Made by a program: the position numbers and the translations under genes. DNA of 64,000 nucleotides from Takakia lepidozioides (lineage: Eukaryota > Plantae > Bryophyta), in contig CM060731.1 of the NCBI GenBank assembly GCA_030704615.1, positions 27,094,001-27,158,000 on the forward strand. Reading direction: 5' to 3'. The first letter of the stretch is position 1. Each line of letters starts with the position of its first letter. Of the stretch, positions 52,791 through 64,000 are shown in pieces. The notes under the pieces are model-generated. The model was not told where the DNA came from. It saw only the letters and a list, made by a program, of their open reading frames with translations, and did not search any database.

Positions 52791-53474
52791 GTTACACGAT
52801 CCATAGAATCAGTGACAAGTGGACACATAAAAACTTCAGGAAAATGGCTGAAGGAAGAAGAAACGGAAATTAATTTAAAAATAGACACGTGGAGGTCAGG
52901 GTGCGACACACAGCAGAGAATGAAGTGCAAGGACAGGTGTCAAAAAGAAAGAGGACAAGAACGGCCGTCAAAAGGGATGAAAGGCGGGCCCATTAATGAA
53001 TACGGAAAAAGGGAAACAGAACGAACGGCAAGTACAGAAAAACTGAATTCATGTCGCATGTGTGATCCTAGTGGACTATCCAACAGGGAAAGTCCACTAA
53101 AGAAGATAAAAGTTAAAATCCAGTCACAGCGGATACAGCCAATAGAAAACCAGAGAAATGATCAAGAAAATGGAGGGAAATTAAGCGCAAGAGGCGGCGT
53201 CGTTCTGAGTAACGGGCGTCTCGACAGGACAGGCCATAAATGCTATAACTTGGAAACTATGGAGGAACTAACAGACTATACGCTCGCAATATTACTTACG
53301 CAATGGCAGAGACACGAAACGAAAGAGCAGAGCTTTTCTCTTGAACAATGCTTGCAAGCCCCGCAGGCTTACAAGAGATTACCCATAGCTTTCTGCGGCA
53401 ACCATACGTTTCTGCTTTGTGCACTACAGGCATTCCTGCAGTTGTTACAGCCAAAGCAGTTCTGTGAGTCTAAG

Positions 53475-56400
53475 ATGAAGAGAGTGAGAGGAATGGAGGA
53501 AATCAGGGTGAAGAGCACCACAATTCTGCAGAAACAAACGATGGCTACCCCACAGGCGATAAAGATACTGAAGGAGCTGAGATTGGAAGGATTGCAAAGC
53601 ATGGATTGGACACTACACCATAGACAGTACATGTTACAATTTTTGCAGAACTTTGAGCCAAAGACAGGAACAACAACGGTGAAGGGAGTTGAATTAATGA
53701 TTACTCCCCTATACCTCCAGCAATTGTTTCGATTGCCAGCAGGTCATGTGTATGTGGAGGAACACAGAGAACTGCAAATAGGGGATTTATTCCAAGAAGG
53801 GAGTTTCTTTAAAACTCAGGGTTATGCTTGTACCAAAGCTGTGTACCCAGGGTTAAAAGACATAGGCCAAGTATTGAACGTTCTGATTGCCCTGAAACAG
53901 AACCAACAATATTTGAGCAGATCCTTCACAGAGGAAATCCTCAAAGGCTTGAAGGGACAAGAGGTACCATGGGCGGACATAATGTACAACGCACTGGTAG
54001 AGGAGATGAAAAGATTACAAGGTACTACCGCAAAATCTCCTATCATAGTGTCTGGCCCAATCATTGCTCAAATAATCCTTAGTTCTGGCATACTTAATGC
54101 ACAAGAAAGGAAGGAAATGGGAGTGTTTGAGCCAGAAACAACTGCAATGGAAGAGCAAGGCTCTTCACACAGTGAGGGTGGACTAGCAGCACAACCCGAG
54201 ACTAAGAGGCAGAGAAGGGGAAAGACTGTAGTGGCGGATCCACTGGCTTCACGGATTCCGCATGATAATGTTTCCCAAGCTCATGACCAGGAGGGGCACA
54301 GCAGCACAAAAGAATGTTATTACTGGAAGCAGGACCTTCAGAGAGGGAGGAAGAAGTTACTTCTGCATCACAACCAACACAGCCACTTGAACGACTTGTC
54401 ACAAGGTCACAAGTTATCCATGCAGCTCAACCCGAAATAATAGATTTGGAAAGTGAAGGGATAGATATTCCAACTACAGAACAGATAGTGGCGGAAATAG
54501 AGAAAGGGGACCTTCTCTATGAATATTCTGGTCTGGTCAAGCAGACAGAAATCCCAGAGGTGCAACAGTTGCCCAAGAAAATCCTGAGGTACATATAATG
54601 CACACACCTGTGTCGGAGGTACCACAGGCGGAAGGCCATGACACTGTAGCACCGGTCATAAATGAAGTAGTTCAGGAAGAAAATCCGGTGGGACAATGGT
54701 CTGAATGGTTAGTGAGACATCATACTGTTGAAGATCGGGAGGAACAGCAGCAACCTCACCATGATGACCCTCAACAGGCAATGCTGATGAGTTCCATAGG
54801 CAGGACACTTAATTTGTTGGGGACTTATGTCAAAACCCATGTTCCAATTACCCAATTGACAGCCTTGAAAGAAGAACTCAGGAAGGAGTTTGAGGCTCGA
54901 CTTGCCACTGAGTGTGCAAACAAGGTCGATGAAGAGGTCACTCTCAAGATGAAGCAGGACTTGGCCAATACAGAAATGGCTTTGCAATTGGCCAAGCAAC
55001 AATTGATTGAGGCAGGCCTCGCGCAAGACCAGTTGCACGAAGCACATAAGCAACAGCTATACCAAATGCAGGTGCAGCATGAAAGCAAGTTGCAAGAACT
55101 GAATGCACTACATACGGAGTTGCAGACAGTGCATAACAGGATGGCGATACAATGCGCTACATTTACAACTATGCTTGACCAATCAACAAAAGAAATAAAC
55201 AGTCAAGCGGAAAAATGTACGAAGGCAGAAGAAGAGAATGTGGAGCACATGAAGCTCATTGTCGATATGAAGAATACAATCTGTCGCAATGAAGATACTT
55301 TCAAGCAATACAGGCAGATGGAAGCTGAGAATGAGAAATACATCGTGGAGTTGCAACAAACCATCGTGGCCAATAGAAATGAAATCGCGGTCAGTAACAA
55401 GGCTTCGAAAGAAGCCAATAATCTACTTGCTGCCTATGCGCAATTGGTTGAGCCACAGGCGAAGCGCATGAAGGCTTTACAACAGCAGTTGGAATTGTAT
55501 AAGCTAAGAGAGGAGCAAACTCTCAGGGGAACCACAAGCAGCTTGGTGGATAACAGCCTTATGCAGGTCTGGTTAGCACAAGGGCCAGTAGAGGGCAAAA
55601 GCCCACGGAAGCTCACCCAAAGCGAGATGAATGAGCTCAGACTGCAGGTGCAGAACATTGCCACAACTACTATAGACAATGTCTATAGTAGGATAGCAGA
55701 GTTACAAGAGGATGTAGACGGACTCCAGACTCAAGTGGAAGACCTCACTTCAAACATCGACCAAAGAGTCTATATCCCTCAGGAACAGCTAATGGCTTCT
55801 TATTTGCAAGCCAGAACTCTGGCTTTTCAGTCTTCACAGGAGGTGCAGGAGATGCCAATGGTACAGGAACCAGTACCACCACCACCACAACAGGTCAGTG
55901 TACCAGTAGCTGAACCTGTGGTTACTACAACCACACCACAGCCACCACAGCCGGAGGTATGGGGCAATGCAGCTTTTAACCCACCTAAAACTCCAGCTGC
56001 CAGGGAGTACAGTAGGGCTATGATTATGCCCTTCAACCAAATTCCCATCATGTTGGATTTGGCTTGGAAAGAATTTAGTCCTCCGCAGTCATTCGCACAT
56101 TACTACCAAATCATGCGTATCTGGCTGCCAGTGGCAACCAGGACTAAAGTTCTTCCAAACAATCGACATATTGAAGATCATCACTTTGCACAATACTGGC
56201 ACGAGGCAGGTACCATGTTGAGGGAATTGGTTGCTTTCCAGGTTGTACATGGACTCATTTATACCAAGACCAAGGAATAGCAAGTATTGTCATGGGGTGC
56301 GGGCTATACTACGCTGCTTGTTTCCTGATACGTTACCACATAGAGCAACAAAAGATGCAAGCACGCTTTCAAAGTTACTCCAGTGGAGATCATTGGGTAT

Positions 56401-57020
56401 TACCTTCGGTGCCACCTCATATGTACCTATATGACCCAAAAGTTATGATACAAAAGGATTCTCAAATTCGTTCATGGTTTCAAGCAGCCTGCAACAATTT
56501 GTCAACACAGAAATTCGGACTTGATGACATTTTCTATAAGGGACATATCGCATGGAAATACTTGCACGCGGCACCAGTAATTGGTACCCCACTCATCTGG
56601 ACAGACAAGGAGCTCAGTGTCTACACCAATTTTGCTGTTCAACGGTTACACCAGGTTGTAAAATGCAAACTTCCAGACATGGTAGGACAGCATTGTATGC
56701 CCCAGATGATTCCACAAAAAGTTCGAAAATTAAAACACCTGAGAGGCGATGAGGATTCTGATACAACTGTTTCTTCACAAAATTCTTTTGACATGGGAGA
56801 AGACTATGCAATTCAGATGGAAGAGAAGAAACAAAGGGGATCTCCTATGCCGGAAAGATTACCTCGATATCAACCTCCAGAAGGCCTCACTTATCCAGGT
56901 AGTGATCAACCATCTCCATCAACCAGAGACAGACCTCGGGCTCGTACACACAGCCCACCACGAAACTCTCAACGTCAACAAGGTGCTCACTCACAAAGGG
57001 TTGCTACTCGGAAACAGTAA
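53475..57020 (+). CDS. Element B extra 3' ORF(s): Transposase_32/Athila-ORF-like N-terminus plus long coiled coil, broken by frameshifts or stops
   Basis: MLQFLQNF...TTVKGVELMITPLYLQQLFRLP resembles the conserved block of Athila/Tat additional ORFs. 54598-56280 is Q/E/K/L heptad-rich. Same-strand ORFs abut at ~54310, ~54600 and ~56285. Confidence 0.65.
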
Positions 57021-57058
57021 ACCGTGAGGACACGGCTTTTTGAGGGGGGAAGGGGTAA

Positions 57059-58140
57059 TGTTAGAGGACTGTAGGGGACTTAGACACTTATACGGGATCT
57101 GTAGGGTACCCTTAATTTTTGCACAGACTGAGACAAACAGGAACCTTAGGGGTGACAGCAGCGCACTGTAGAGGGGGGTTACATAGCCCACACAGCCGAC
57201 ACAGCAGTCACAGCCCACACAGCCAACACAGCCGTCACAGTCGTCACAACCCACACAGCCAACACAGCCCGTCACAGTCGTCACAGCCCACACAGCCGTC
57301 ACAGCCGTCACAGCCCACACAGCCGACACACCGCCCACAGCCCACACAGCCAACACAGCCCACACAGCCGTCACAGTCGTCACAGCCCACACAGCCCACA
57401 CAGCCCGTCACAGTCGTCACAGCAGACACAGCCCACACAGCCAGTCACAGCCCGGCACAGCCACACAGCCAGTCACAGCCCGACACAGCCAAACACAGCC
57501 AGTCACCGCTTGACACAGCTGTCACGATAATAGGGAACGCAGAGTAGGACAGGGAACGACTGTGGGGAACAACACCAGTGAAGGGAACATGTTAGTTCAC
57601 ATACGACGGTTAGAGAGGGAAACGGTTAGAACCGCGGATAGGAGGATAAAGGGAAGAACGGGGAATAGGAAGGGGATCATTATTCGGGGAGGACTTCGGA
57701 GTCAAGCGGGAGCGGAGATCGGAGAGCACGATGAAGGAGGAAAGAGGATTAGTAGATGCTTGTTAGATGCAAAGCTGTAGGGATATTGTAGAGGAGAATA
57801 GAGACACAATGGCTTCGGCCTAATACCTGATAAATCATAATCTGATACTTATACGATACAATCATACTGTGTAGAGAGATCTGAGTGAAGCTGTGGATTG
57901 AATGGAGGAGTTAAGGAAACCGATAAATTGATGAAGCAAACTGATACTTAATTATCAATGGTAAGGTAGCTAAGATGAATGCGGAAAAGGAAACAAATAG
58001 GAAACACCCCCATGATACACTAGCTGTAGGTCATGACTGATTGTTCTGCGCGGGCTGAGTACTTAGAGATTTCCAACTCTTCTATCTTGGAGTTTCCGCC
58101 TCGGATAGCGAAGGGATGGGTGAGTAAAAGCCGCGCGACA
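57059..58140 (+). repeat. Element B 3' LTR (1082 bp)
   Basis: Direct repeat of 44429-45511, preceded by the PPT and followed by TSD ATCAC. Confidence 0.97.
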
Positions 58141-58429
58141 ATCACCATAGTAGCCCTAAGCCATGAGGTGGTTGCCACAAACCAAGCCTTCTTTCTCACT
58201 TAGCCTCCCCACTAAACTCAATGGCAAACAACCAAGCCCTGCTGGTTCCCAGCCCTTGTGAGCACTCATTCAAGCACTCTCCTTAGCCATAGCATCTATC
58301 TTAGAGCCTATTCCAGCCCCCTACACCTGCTGCTTCAAGAGTTGCGCTCCCTTCAAGCTTGAAGTTGAAACCCCAACTCACATAGGCCCTACAAGTGCTT
58401 TTCTTTCACTCCAAGTGGAAAACCAGCCC

Positions 58430-58860
58430 CTAGACCTTCCGTTCTAGATCTCTAAAGCTTGAAAACAAGAGCCTCAATGGGCTGAAGGCATGCTCCACAC
58501 ATGCCCCACTCTCACCATAAGAGAATCAGCTCCTTTGCTTCATTTCTTGCACCCACAAACCTGAAAATACAAGCTTCAGCAGGCTGAAAGCATGCTCCAC
58601 ATGCCCTACAGGGAAACCAGCCCCTTCCTTCCTTTCTTGCACTCCCACACCTGAAAGTGCAAGCCTTCACCAGGCTGATAGCATGCTCCACACATGCATT
58701 GCCCTCACATAAGGGAAGTCAGCCCTTCCCTCTTCCTTGCTTGCCCTCCAAGCTTGAAGATGGAAGCTTCAATGAGCTGAATACATGCTCCACACATGCA
58801 ACCTCTTCACACAAGAGATATCAGCCCCCTATCTTGGCTCCTTGGCTCCTTGATGCTCTC
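58430..58860. repeat. Degenerate ~90-110 bp tandem repeat (4 units) in the element A leader
   Basis: GCTGAA.GCATGCTCCACAC recurs at about 58481, 58584, 58675 and 58776. Confidence 0.75.
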
Positions 58861-59426
58861 TAAGACAAGACTAAGCACTCCACAGCCTTTGCCAAGCTCC
58901 TGAAACCCTAAGCCTTACATTTCCAGCCACAAGACACTTCTCTTGTGGTGCAAGAGCTCTTCTTCCAAGCTCTGAAACCCTAGGTGCACATTCCATGGCC
59001 TTGCCGCACCTCTTAGCTCCTATTCCAGCCCTGCTCTTGCCATGACAAGAGCCCTCTCAATGCTGAAGCTCGAGATTGAAACCCAATCTCACCATACTCC
59101 ACAAAATACAGCTTTGCCACCAAAGCCACTATAACGTGCTCTTGATTGGTCCTCTTCCCAATCGTGCTTGCTCATGCATGTACACAATCTGAAACCATCA
59201 AGGTGCTCTGGAATTACCTGCAGCATGGTGCTTTCATCTCTGAAGCTGAAGATCGAATGCCAAGGTCTACCACCTCGTAACCCACATCGCCTCCGCTTCT
59301 AACAACCAAGAGCTCCACGGTGTTCCTTGCATAACAACTTGGTTTCTCTCATTCTCAAGCAAAAACCACAAGTGCTACAACTAACTCGTATCTGGCACTC
59401 ACAAATACGAGCTGATCTTTCTCGAG

Positions 59427-59629
59427 TGATAAAGAAGAAGAATACAAGCACGAGCTCACAAATCTGAAGCATAAACTCATGCATATATAACCTCATCACT
59501 CAAATACAAGTCAAGCCAAGTGCACCCCACGCCATGGGGAATCCACACTACGGCACCATAGCTAGGCGCGGTGAGGCTCAACTCGAGAAAGATGAGCCTC
59601 CCGCGCTTGCCGTGAAGATAACCACTCCA
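59427..59629 (-). repeat. Element A partial 5' LTR (last 203 bp only)
   Basis: Matches 34712-34914 with 2 substitutions. Followed on the minus strand by the self-complementary PBS CTCGAGAAAGATCAGC. Confidence 0.9.
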
Positions 59630-61127
59630 AGTTGATTTTGTATATATCTATGTGTTGAATGGTAGTGAAATTCTGTTTTTGATAGGATAACAGCCCAGAC
59701 CAAGGCTTTTATTCGAGCCGCTTTTGGCTCACGTTGGTAGAAGGGGAAGAGAACTATGCTTGGAGACATCGTGAGGAAATTTTTGAACAAAAAATACACT
59801 GAAATCAAAACTAGGCTACATAGACGAATAGTGTAAGATTGGAGGTAGGGGATACCAGACATTAAAATATCCCTCCCCTACCCATATTTTATGCCTAAGT
59901 GAGATCTTTGGGGGCCACGTGAGCAAAACAAGGGGGTGGACCCACCAAATACATTAGTTTAATAGTTAGCATGGTAAGTTTCACCATTATGGATGAATTC
60001 TAGTGATTCATTTTCTCATCCATTGGGGACGAATGAGAGTATTTTAGAATTGATTACTAGACAACTAAAACATGAGCTCATTCCTCCTGCCATAGGGAAC
60101 TGTTCCCAACTAAGAGGACATTTCCAAGTTCTCTTGGAGATGCCATTATGAACTTTCTTCGGAATCCCCAAATGATTCCCTATCTATAGGATTTTTTTAC
60201 TATTATTATGTATAATTGTTAATTTTATAAAATTCAACCATTGAGCTAATTGAATTATTTGACCATCTTAATACCAAAAATTGGGTTTTAAAGGGGATTT
60301 GCTCCTCTTGAAGATAATTTGAACCCCAAACACCTTGGAATTGGAGGGGAGTTGAGAAGAGGTCTTTACCCTTCCTTCCTAGGCTCGGATTAGGTGCTTT
60401 GTGGTGGGATTTGGACCATTCATCCCTGCTATAAGCACTTCATGAGTTTATGCATGTCTGAGCTTGTAAATAAAACAAAGTCTTGGAAGGCAAAATATAA
60501 AAACAATCCCGCCATGGGGAAGAAAGTTGGGATGTTTCTACATATTCATTTGAAGTAACCAAATCTTGATAATAAAGAAGAAGACAAATGAACGCAACAA
60601 AAAAAATCGTGTCACCTCATTTTTTAGGAATGATAGTATTAAGGAAAGAAAATTACAAATGCAATACTTATAACAAAAAAAGTGTGACGCCTCCCGAAGG
60701 AAGCGTAATTTATGGTGTCACTTCACCACAAGGGATACCGCCTTCCAGAAAGGTGGACACCTTCATGATACACCGTGGTTTGAATCCACAACCACATCCA
60801 ACGTGGTATGTACCCATTACCAGTGGGCTAGATGTTGGTTGTCTACTTATAACATAATTATACCAAGGAATAGAAGAGTGAACATTGTTGCTAAAGCAAC
60901 CATAACTTAAGGTGTCACTTCATCCCGAAAAACTACTATTTTTTGTTTATGTATTATAATGGTCATAACTAGTCTGAGCAATGCGGTTGCCCAACCCTCC
61001 CCCAATGAGTACTCGAAATTCCCTATGTACCCACACATAAAGTAATTGGTTGACCAAGTTATCCCCCTTTTATAGTTGGGTTGGCCATAATGGGTAACAT
61101 CCAACATACACCCATGCGGCTTTGAAC

Positions 61128-64000
61128 CAGTGTTGGACTGGTATATAGGGTCTGGCCGGGTATCAACCGGGGTATTGAATAACCGACCCAGCTGGTATTG
61201 GCAATTCCAATACTATGGTTGATAACCCGGACCGGTTGCCAAGGCAATACCAGAGTGCATACCAGTATTATGGGCAAAAACAAGGACTATACCATGGTAT
61301 GAATAGGAAATTGGCTAGGTGCACAATATGTCAGGGGTCAGGTAAGAGGGTGCACATGTCAAGGAGGGCATGTCGAGCCCCAAGGGCCCGCCACTATGCT
61401 TCATTTCTTACCACATGTAGGGCGGGCCCGTTTTTTTTTTTTTTTTTTTTTAGCACATGTAGGGTGTCTTATGTGCGGGCCCATCCCAAGACCTAAGCAA
61501 GTAATCAATCTCATGTCTTTCTGCGGGCCCACCTGAACAGCTGCACACAGCCACAAAGACTTGAGAACTTAGGGTTCGACATTAGGGTTCCAGTACACTG
61601 AGCACAAAGGTACAATGGCAAAGAGGGAGGGGACAGATGTGACTGCAGCCGTGTCTCCAGCCGGATCTGCTGCCTAAATCATGGGAGCTGAGGGAGCTGA
61701 GGACATTGTGGGGCTAGCACCTTGGCCATTTGCGCAACAATCAAAAGTTTTGGGCACCATATCACAGGGTATCAGCAGTCTGGGCTTTCTTTGTATTGAA
61801 TGAGATTGGTATTCAAGTAGATAACACCGGTGCTCAAATTATGCGGTGTGTCATGTGTCATGGTGTAGCACAAGAGCAAGTGGCCTCACATAGCAGCACA
61901 AGATCCAGGAAGGGAATTTCAACCTATAATCCGTTACATGGAATTACTGCAATGATTAAGCATGTAACCAATGAGCATGCCGAGATGTACAAGAGATACA
62001 AATCAGAAAAGAATTCTGCAGATCCAGGAGAGGTGGGTCGGCAAGCATGTAAGAATGGAAATGTAGCAGCAACCCCATCAACTATCACAAATTAGTTTGA
62101 TAGTCAAAATTGGGGATTACTATTCCGTGAGCAGAAAATTTTGTGAGCAGAAATCTGCTCACACTTCAGGATCTGCTCACCTATAACCGCGGACACCTAT
62201 TCGGCTTAGAAGACCTATTACTGCGCAGAGTGGCCCGTATTACATGCATACCCACAAGCTCGGTTATGGATGAATGAGGGATGAATGGCGGATGAATGTT
62301 TGTAGGACGAATGAGACATAGATGAATGTAATAAATGTATGAATGGAATAATACAAAGCAATCTTTAGTACTGGTCGCCCAATCCCCCGAGCTCCAGAAT
62401 CATGTAAACCCTGCTAGTCTTGCTTGCAAATTAATTCTGAAAGTGCAGTTTATATGTTCAGCATTGCCAACAAGGAATTCACATTGCTTTGATGACGTGA
62501 GGAGGGTCGAGGTTGTTTTTTTCCTAGGTATCCAAGGTTGAGAAAGAGGCTCACACCCAATTCCAAAGAAGGTAGAGAGGTAAATTGGTGCTTTATAAAG
62601 AAACGTTTCAAAACAAATGATTCATTCCCACAAAGAAGATCCACTACTACAGGACTTAGTGTCCAAAACGAAGGCAGAACTGTCTATGAAGACACTAGCC
62701 CTACTTTGTACAAAACCATCTCTGTCGTAAAGCACAAGAGGGGGAGATGAGAAGAGACTAAATTGCCCGCTGTAGCCTTTGTTTGCAAGTTTTCCAAAAT
62801 AAAAAATAAAACAAAAGAAATCTGTTTTTTTTTTTTTTTCCCCGAATGTGCCTAATCTGGTACCTTAATCCGTTTTTTTTTTAAACCTAGAAGAAGGACG
62901 TGACAACGAATCATAAGTTATGTAGTCCGAGCAATTTGTAGATGCCATTCACCCCAAATAGCACACCAAAAACCAGCCAGATTAAGGTGGCGTCAACACC
63001 ACCTTAATCTAGCACATTCGAGAAAAAATAAATAAATAAATCGGATTAAGGTGCCAGATTAAGTTGGCGTCAACGCCACCCTAATCTGGCACACTCGGGG
63101 GGAGGGGGGGTTATATATATATCCGATTATTTTTATTATTATTTTTCCCGAATGTGCCAGATTAAGGTGGCGACATGCCAGCTTAATCTGGCTGGTTTTC
63201 TGGGTTGGACTTAAGCTTCTGCCAAATTCAAATAACGTATTTAAACTCAACAACACATGGTCTCTACTCATTTATCAGTAAGGATAAATGTTGTTGCAGT
63301 CATCTATGGTTCATTCATCAGGCCAATTTTTCATCCACACTCATCCAACATTCATCCCTTCCCTTCTTTCATTCATCGGGCAGCTTTTCATCGTACATTC
63401 GTACCACATTGTCATCATGGAGCACGGATTCTTTGGTCCGATGGAGAGGAGTTTTCATCCATGCAGCGGAGTTTGCGTCCACGACAATAAGCCCTCTTTT
63501 TCCCTCGGTTATAGGCTCCACTTCACTAATCTGCTCATGCTTAAGGGATTATGCTCACGTTTACCACGCAAAGCGTGAGCGTGCTCACGGGTTCTGCTCA
63601 CACGGTAGTTGCTCTTGTCGAAATCCATACAAAAAAAATGATTTAACCCAACAAAGGTTATTTGAAGATCTGGTCCTTTATACTGCCAAGGGCTATAGAC
63701 CTCTTTCTAGTGTAGAAAATGCATGGCTTCGTCGCTTGGTCATGAGGCAATGTGATAAAGTGGTATTTCCTTTTTGCAAGCAACTTGCTCATGAACTTAT
63801 ACCATCCATGGTATTGAAGACCATGGAACTGTACGTCTTCCTTTCCTTGGCTGGTTGTATAACTGCGACGGTCTCGTTCGATTTGTGGATGTCTCGAGCT
63901 GGTTTTGATACATTCGCTCTTGTCATTAATTTCATATCAGAGTCTTGGGTTCCTTGTCATATTACGGTTGGATTGTTTGAGGCTCCAGACATAGCAAGAG
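61128..64000 (+). mobile_element. hAT transposon (left part) with disrupted BED-finger transposase, continuing beyond the window
   Basis: Left TIR CAGTGTTGG with CCGG/GGTAT subterminal repeats. BED finger VWAFF..CVMC..H...H at 61730-62095. After the insertion the frame resumes PYKKND...ENAWLRRL...SFDLWMSR (first catalytic Asp) at 63625-64000. Confidence 0.88.
62112..63614. mobile_element. Mutator-like non-autonomous insertion splitting the hAT transposase
   Basis: Ends carry inverted GTGAGCAGAA/TTCTGCTCAC motifs and inverted GGATGAAT/ATTCATCC tracts. Degenerate ~10-bp TSD TAGTCAAAAT/TTGTCGAAAT. Removing the insert restores FDSQN-PYKKND. Confidence 0.75.

Larger units (their letters stand above)
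44429..58140 (+). mobile_element. Ty3/Gypsy retrotransposon B (non-chromovirus, Athila/Phygy-like, 13.7 kb), nested in element A
   Basis: LTRs 44429-45511 and 57059-58140 (TG...CA), TSD ATCAC, PBS TGGCGACCATACTGGGGAC, PPT GAGGGGGGAAGGGG. Order gag-PR-RT-RH-INT; no chromodomain or second RNase H visible. Confidence 0.97.
34523..59629 (-). mobile_element. Ty3/Gypsy retrotransposon A encoding a DNMT3-like methyltransferase and a PHD finger (~11.4 kb net of the nested element)
   Basis: gag-PR-DNMT-RT-RH-INT-PHD on the minus strand. Terminal repeats 34712-34914 = 59427-59629 and 34523-34710 = 35031-35218. PPT TAGGGGGGCG at ~35221-35230. No TSD. Confidence 0.9.

Noticed and set aside
52755-53474. 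N-terminal ~240 codons of ORF 52755-54440
   Set aside because: It starts within the minisatellite and has A-rich, leader-like composition. Recognisable protein-like sequence begins near 53475.
34523-59629. DIRS/PAT/Ngaro tyrosine-recombinase element, suggested by the split repeats and a methyltransferase
   Set aside because: No tyrosine recombinase ORF is visible. The element has an aspartic protease, a DDE integrase and a PPT, and the MTase is C5-cytosine type rather than the DIRS adenine-MTase-like domain.

Overview
Eukaryotic nuclear DNA from a land plant, most likely a bryophyte or other non-seed plant (inferred from gene families, intron style and TE lineages). It holds two intron-rich host genes. 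SR45 (12 coding exons) lies at 7890-13524. A receptor-like kinase at 22993-26964 pairs an nsLTP/8-Cys-motif ectodomain with an LRR-VIII-2-type kinase, but its transmembrane exon looks truncated. Most of the remainder is transposable elements: hAT, CACTA and Mutator non-autonomous elements with TSDs, a 5'-truncated LINE, and a Ty1/Copia element with a half-tRNA PBS and non-canonical ends (27898-33087). There are also two nested Ty3/Gypsy elements. The outer Gypsy (minus strand, 34523-59629) is the most remarkable feature. Its pol carries a complete DNMT3-like C5 cytosine methyltransferase between protease and RT, and a PHD finger after the integrase. It also has a self-complementary (non-tRNA) PBS and a permuted A...B-A-B terminal repeat layout with no TSD. 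The inner Gypsy (plus strand, 44429-58140) has extra 5' and 3' ORFs and shares a CACAGCC minisatellite core with its host element. All calls were made by eye; no database searches were run.
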